A stretch of 64,000 nucleotides of DNA from an uncultured Mycobacterium sp. (GTDB taxonomy: Bacteria > Actinomycetota > Actinomycetes > Mycobacteriales > Mycobacteriaceae), in NCBI GenBank assembly GCA_964413455.1, contig CAYPTG010000001.1, positions 7,246 through 71,245 of the forward strand. Direction: 5' to 3'. Positions 59,435-64,000 of the stretch are shown in pieces. The translations under genes were made by a program, and so were the position numbers. The notes below the pieces were generated by a model. The model searched no databases. It saw only the letters and a program-made list of their open reading frames with translations, and was not told the DNA's origin. Numbering within the stretch: position 1 is the first letter of the stretch; every line of letters starts with the position of its first letter.

Positions 59435-60814
59435 GTGGCGAAGTTCGAGGTCCCCGAGGGCTGGACGGTCCAGGCCTTCACATTCACCCTGGACCCGACG
59501 CCCGACCAGGCCCGGGCGGCGGCGCGGCATTTCGGCGCCCGCCGCAAGGCGTTCAACTGGACCGTCGCGACGCTGAAAGCCGACATCGCCGCCTGGCATG
59601 CCACCGGGGTCGAGACGGAGAAGCCGTCTCTGCCGGTGTTGCGGAAACGCTGGAACCAGGCCAAGGACGCCGTGTGCGTGAACGCCGAGACCGGCCAGCC
59701 GTGGTGGCAGGAGTGCTCGAAAGAGGCGTATGCCGATGGGGTGGCCGGGGCGGTGGATGCCTATTGGAACTGGCAGCAGTCCCGGGCCGGCGCGCGGGCG
59801 GGTAGGCGGGTGGGTTTCCCGCGGTTCAAACGCAAGGGCCGCGACGCCGATCGGGTGTCGTTTACGACCGGGGCGATGCGCGTGGAGCCGGATCGCCGGC
59901 ACGTCACATTGCCGGTGATAGGCACGGTCCGCACCCACGAGAACACCCGCCGGATTGAACGCTTGATCGCCAAGGGGCGGGGGCGGGTGCTGGCGATGAC
60001 GTTGCGGCGCAACGGCACCCGGCTGGATGTGTCGGTTCGGGTTTTGGTGCAGCGCCCACAGCAGCGCCGCGTCGGCTGTCCTGATTCGCGGGTGGGTGTC
60101 GATGTCGGGGTGCGCCGGCTGGCCACCGTCGCTGACGCGCAGGGCACTGTCCTGGAGCGGGTGGCCAATCCGCGCCCGCTGGATACTGCGTTGCGCGAGT
60201 TGCGGCACGTCAGCCGCGCCCGGTCCCGCTGCGTGAAGGGCTCACGCCGCTACCGTGAGCGCACCACCGAGATGTCCCGGCTGCATCGCCGGGTCAACGA
60301 TGTCCGCACCCATCACCTGCACGTCCTGACAACACGATTGGCTAAAACCCACGGCCGCATCGTTGTTGAAGGATTGGACGCTGCAGGGATGCTGCGGCAA
60401 AAGGGGCTGCCCGGTGCCCGCGCGAGGCGGCGCGGACTGTCCGATGCCGCTCTGGGCACCCCGCGCCGGCACCTGTCCTACAAGACAGGCTGGTACGGCT
60501 CACAACTGGTGGTCGCCGACCGCTGGTTCCCGTCGTCGAAAACCTGCCACGCCTGTCGGCATGTGCAGGACATCGGCTGGGCCGAGAAATGGCAGTGCGG
60601 CAACTGCCACGTCACGCATCAGCGTGACGACAACGCCGCGATCAACCTCGCACGCTACGAGGAACCCAAAAGCGTCGTCGGCCCAGTCAGGGCCGCCGTC
60701 AAGCGTGGAGCCGACCGTAAGACCCGGCCTGGCCGGGCAGGTGGCCGTGAAGCGCGGAAGGGACGCAGCCCCCGGGCTGCCGAACAACCCCGAGACGGGG
60801 TGCAAGTCGCGTGA
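59435..60814 (+). CDS. tnpB: IS607 RNA-guided endonuclease TnpB
   Basis: GVDVG, IVVEGL, QRDDNAAINL RuvC residues; CHAC/CGNC zinc finger. Confidence 0.95.
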   Translation: MAKFEVPEGWTVQAFTFTLDPTPDQARAAARHFGARRKAFNWTVATLKADIAAWHATGVETEKPSLPVLRKRWNQAKDAVCVNAETGQPWWQECSKEAYADGVAGAVDAYWNWQQSRAGARAGRRVGFPRFKRKGRDADRVSFTTGAMRVEPDRRHVTLPVIGTVRTHENTRRIERLIAKGRGRVLAMTLRRNGTRLDVSVRVLVQRPQQRRVGCPDSRVGVDVGVRRLATVADAQGTVLERVANPRPLDTALRELRHVSRARSRCVKGSRRYRERTTEMSRLHRRVNDVRTHHLHVLTTRLAKTHGRIVVEGLDAAGMLRQKGLPGARARRRGLSDAALGTPRRHLSYKTGWYGSQLVVADRWFPSSKTCHACRHVQDIGWAEKWQCGNCHVTHQRDDNAAINLARYEEPKSVVGPVRAAVKRGADRKTRPGRAGGREARKGRSPRAAEQPRDGVQVA

Positions 60815-60942
60815 CCACTAAAGATCACTCACTTGCAACGGACACTCATGATCGCTGTGCTGGCAGTTGTCGTCCCGGCCGCATTCCTATGGGCCTTCTG
60901 GCCGGGCAGCTGGTGACGCATCCACCGAAGGTACGCCAACAT

Positions 60943-61653
60943 TCACCGTCTCTGGCGGCCTAGGCCTTCGCAGGTGGCGCTAAGTGCAGCGATCGTGTCT
61001 TCACGCTGCTGCGGGGTGTACGAGACACTGCCCTGCCGCAACAACTGGTAGCTAGCGGCCTGCGCCAACAGCAGGACAGAAGAATAGTCCGCTCTAGGGT
61101 CCATGCTTGAGACGACGTCGACCGGACTAGCACCGGGACTCAGTTCCCCAGCCATGCTTGAGAAGACCGTTGCGAACGAGGCAAAGTCTCCCGGCGCCCC
61201 CTCTCCGGGGTTGTGCGTCAACCGGAACAGCACCCATCCCTGGGCTGTATCCACCGGCACGCCAACAGGAATCGCGTCGATCACCGCACGAGCTGCGGCG
61301 CTAGGGCGGCCCTGCTCATCGATGATGACCGGAACACCCGCCGCACCCCCTGTCGGGCCGCCCGCTGCTGCAGCAGGGGAGGGGAAGCAGATCTGCGGCG
61401 CGGAGCGCTCACTGGAATCGGTGCGTCCCCCGAAAAGCCATCCGGTCACAGTGTCGGCCACCATCACAGGTAGCTCCGCCGCCGCCGCCACCGTCAGCAT
61501 GAAACCCACCAGCACCACGGCTGCCGCCGCAGCGATGAGACGGAGCCGCCGTGTCGATGCGCGCCGTAGCCAAAGGCCCACAAGGCCTTTCTTGGTGCCG
61601 CGCAGTCCAGTCAACACGGCCCATCGGGCAGCGCTCAGAAGCCTCGAGGACAT
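60943..61653 (-). CDS. membrane-anchored hypothetical protein
   Basis: Basic N-terminus plus TM; 236 aa. Confidence 0.7.
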   Translation of the reverse strand: MSSRLLSAARWAVLTGLRGTKKGLVGLWLRRASTRRLRLIAAAAAVVLVGFMLTVAAAAELPVMVADTVTGWLFGGRTDSSERSAPQICFPSPAAAAGGPTGGAAGVPVIIDEQGRPSAAARAVIDAIPVGVPVDTAQGWVLFRLTHNPGEGAPGDFASFATVFSSMAGELSPGASPVDVVSSMDPRADYSSVLLLAQAASYQLLRQGSVSYTPQQREDTIAALSATCEGLGRQRR

Positions 61654-61785
61654 GCGTCAAAGGTAAACTTCACCGTACCGACGCTGGCCTCTTGGCCGAT
61701 CGTGTTGGGTGCGAAAGTTGTCGTCCGCCCCTTTGCGGTTCGCCGGGGCGCGGCGGATCACGATCCGCGGGAAAAGGGGGGATTA

Positions 61786-62706
61786 GTGGCCGAGAGGTTT
61801 GATCAGAGGCACTTGATCGCGTTGAACACGATGGGCTTAATCAATGAACTTCCTGTCGAGTTGGGCCCGATGCCGGTCAGCGAGTTCGGGCCGGAGATCG
61901 CCGAGGACTTGCATCGTTGGGGTGTCGTCGATCCGGCCACAGGAGGGCTGTCTGCAATAGCAGAGGAGCAGCTCGCCGGGGTGGTCGACTACGAATGGGC
62001 GTTGTCGGGAATCGTGTTGCTCTACAGCGAGCGCCGCAGCGTCGAAGTTGAACTGCCGCAAGAGTTTCTGCAAGCAGGCCTGCAATACTCTCTGCGGGAC
62101 GTCCCTCGCGTCACGTTCCTCATCGGATACCGCGATGACACTCTCACAACGCTCACCCTGGCTCGCGGCCACCTTGCTGTTGCCATCGACGAGGTTCACC
62201 ACACCGCCGCAACCCACCCCGAATATCACGCCGCCGCCGCGGTGGTCGCCGCGCTGCTCGATCCTGCGGGGAACTGGGAGCCCTATCCCATGGATGAAAT
62301 CGCGGTTCCCGCGCCAGCTGCCCGCGCCGCCGCACGTCTCCGCACTGACGATCTCGACGATGTCCTGGACACCACTTCCGACGTCCTCAACGACGTGAAC
62401 ATGGCCGCCCCGACGACGAGAACCCTGCACGAACTCCTGCAGGCCGACAACGTCGCTACCGCACAGATCGTCCTCACTCGCCGCACGGCGGTCGGCAAAC
62501 GCCGCCGCAAGGACAGCGCCCTGGGTGTCATGTTCTTCGACTCGCCGGCTAAGAGCGGCACTGTGGTGAGTTACCCGACTCGTGCTATCGACGGCAAACC
62601 ATGGATCACCTACGAACCTGCCACCCCCGCCGCCCTGGCTAGAGGGATCACTGAACTGCACGCTGCCTTGGACACGGCGACCGCCTCCGACCTGCACAGA
62701 CTCTGA
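61786..62706 (+). CDS. espG: EspG family PE/PPE chaperone
   Basis: LPVELGP...LHRWGVVD...DGKPWITYEPAT; upstream of PE/PPE; RBS present. Confidence 0.8.
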   Translation: MAERFDQRHLIALNTMGLINELPVELGPMPVSEFGPEIAEDLHRWGVVDPATGGLSAIAEEQLAGVVDYEWALSGIVLLYSERRSVEVELPQEFLQAGLQYSLRDVPRVTFLIGYRDDTLTTLTLARGHLAVAIDEVHHTAATHPEYHAAAAVVAALLDPAGNWEPYPMDEIAVPAPAARAAARLRTDDLDDVLDTTSDVLNDVNMAAPTTRTLHELLQADNVATAQIVLTRRTAVGKRRRKDSALGVMFFDSPAKSGTVVSYPTRAIDGKPWITYEPATPAALARGITELHAALDTATASDLHRL

Positions 62707-62833
62707 CGCCCAGCATGCTTGCAGCTATCCGACACGCCCAGGAAGAGGTGCGGCGACGTGAAGCCAGCTATCCTTTGAGGGCAAGCTCGCAAGAGCCAGA
62801 CGTTCCACGGAAAATAACTGAGGGGGCAACACA

Positions 62834-63142
62834 ATGTTGACCGGAATGGTGAGCATGCCGGCGGCCGCCGGCTCCGCTGCAGTGCTGTCGGGAATCCAAG
62901 CGCAACTGGCTGCCATGACCGCCGCCAACGCTGCTAGTTCCGCCGCGATCATCCCGCCCGGCCTCGACGGCGCCTCTGCCCGCGCGGTGGCCCAGCAGGC
63001 GGCCAGCGCGGCGACCTTCCAAACGAACTTCCTGCTCGGCATCGAGCAACTCATGGAGCTGTCCTCGACGGTCGGCTTAGCCTCCGCGGCCTACGAGATC
63101 CACGACGCTGCGGGCGCCAGCCAGATCGCCGCCCTGGTCTAG
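62834..63142 (+). CDS. PE family protein
   Basis: 102 aa; IPPGLDGASARA; C-terminal YEIHD (YxxxD/E signal). Confidence 0.85.
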   Translation: MLTGMVSMPAAAGSAAVLSGIQAQLAAMTAANAASSAAIIPPGLDGASARAVAQQAASAATFQTNFLLGIEQLMELSSTVGLASAAYEIHDAAGASQIAALV

Positions 63143-63175
63143 TCACCTCCCTTCGACAGCGGAAATTGCGGCGAC

Positions 63176-64000
63176 GTGGCGCCAACTGAACCGTGGGCTA
63201 CCTACCTGCCTGAATTTAACGCGATCCGCCAGGAACTCGGCCCGGGGGCGGCGACCTGGCTGGCTTCCGGAGCCATGTGGAACACCCTCGCGGCCCTGGT
63301 CGCTGAAGCCATGGGAGTGCTCGGCGCTGAACTGGCCACTGTCGGCCTCAACTGGCAAGGGCTGGCCCCGGCCAAGCTCACCGCCGCGGTGCCGCCCTAC
63401 ATGAGCTGGCTGGGCTCCATGGAAGCCATCGCCGCCGCCAACGCCCTGACCTGCTATGGCGTCGCCGAGGCGAGCGCCATCACCCGCGGAGCCATGATCC
63501 CGACCGCGCTCATCGCCCAGAACCGCATCGAGGAACTCACCGCCGAAGCCACCAACTTCCTCGGCATCAACACCGGACTGATCGCCCTGCTCAACGGCCA
63601 ATACGCCGGATACTGGGCTGAGAACGCCGCGACCATGCTCACCTATGACGAAGCAGTCCAGCTCGCCACCCTCCCCAAACTCTCAACCCCGCCACCGCCG
63701 CTGGCCAACGCCATGAACGCGGCCGCGGAATTCGGCCAAGCCACCGCAATGACGACCGCTCAGCAAGCCGGCCAAGCCACCACCCAGGCCACCCAAGCGT
63801 TGCAGCAGCCCGCCGCCGCCACCACTGAGGCCGGCCCTGCTGCCGCACAGAGCGGCGGGGAAATGATGTCCACCCTCCTGGGTTCCGGCAGCCAACTACT
63901 CAGCGCGCCAACCCAAGGATTGAGTCAACTCACCGGATCGGGCGGATCGCTGACCCAGCCGCTCCAGTCCATGCTGGGCCCCTTCCAGTCGCTGCTCACC
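63176..64000 (+). CDS. PPE family protein, partial (runs off the window)
   Basis: LPEFNA...GPG...WQGLA...PYMSWL...NR...TNFLGINT...YWAENA; not in the ORF track because there is no stop in the window. Confidence 0.92.
   Translation, partial: MAPTEPWATYLPEFNAIRQELGPGAATWLASGAMWNTLAALVAEAMGVLGAELATVGLNWQGLAPAKLTAAVPPYMSWLGSMEAIAAANALTCYGVAEASAITRGAMIPTALIAQNRIEELTAEATNFLGINTGLIALLNGQYAGYWAENAATMLTYDEAVQLATLPKLSTPPPPLANAMNAAAEFGQATAMTTAQQAGQATTQATQALQQPAAATTEAGPAAAQSGGEMMSTLLGSGSQLLSAPTQGLSQLTGSGGSLTQPLQSMLGPFQSLLT

Larger units (their letters stand above)
58793..60841 (+). mobile_element. IS607-family insertion sequence (IS1535-like)
   Basis: Serine-recombinase tnpA plus tnpB; GG dinucleotides at 58791-92 and 60840-41; related subterminal motifs GTTGCGGTGTGAGTGGTC / GATCACTCACTTGCAAC. 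Confidence 0.88.

Noticed and set aside
59084-60208. 374-aa minus-strand ORF
   Set aside because: Antisense shadow of tnpA/tnpB
1-64000. Prophage interpretation (whiB, dnaB, XRE, DUF5131)
   Set aside because: No capsid, terminase, tail or integrase genes; par, rep and conjugation genes indicate a plasmid-like element

Overview
A GC-rich segment of a mycobacterial (Mycobacterium/Mycolicibacterium-type) conjugative mega-plasmid or plasmid-like element. From left to right: (1) 0-15 kb, an accessory region of small hypothetical genes, many apparently leaderless, plus a PE-less PGRS protein, two PE-PPE-domain proteins, a pilin-like gene, an Imm63-like protein and a DUF5131 gene. (2) 16-21.5 kb, a minus-strand replication operon running whiB (WhiB2-like) - DUF6197-like - hypothetical - stand-alone WhiA C-terminal HTH - small Cys-rich ORFs - structured leader - rep - dnaB (class 3 intein). 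(3) Two divergent XRE regulators, then a parA/RHH partition pair with 9-bp repeat arrays. (4) 26.5-64 kb, a plasmid type VII secretion (ESX-P) locus (degenerate esx pair, eccA/B/C/D/E, mycP, espI, espG, PE, PPE) interleaved with conjugation genes (tcpC, tcpE-like, virB4, VirB6-like, lytic transglycosylase) and interrupted by an IS607-family element with a frameshifted resolvase but an intact TnpB. The most novel-looking signal is the plasmid-borne WhiB2-like plus truncated WhiA pair in the replication operon, together with GACAC(GC) WhiA-type boxes in many plasmid intergenic regions. All calls are by motif recognition only; no database searches were run. No relaxase, coupling protein, tRNA, rRNA or CRISPR array was seen.
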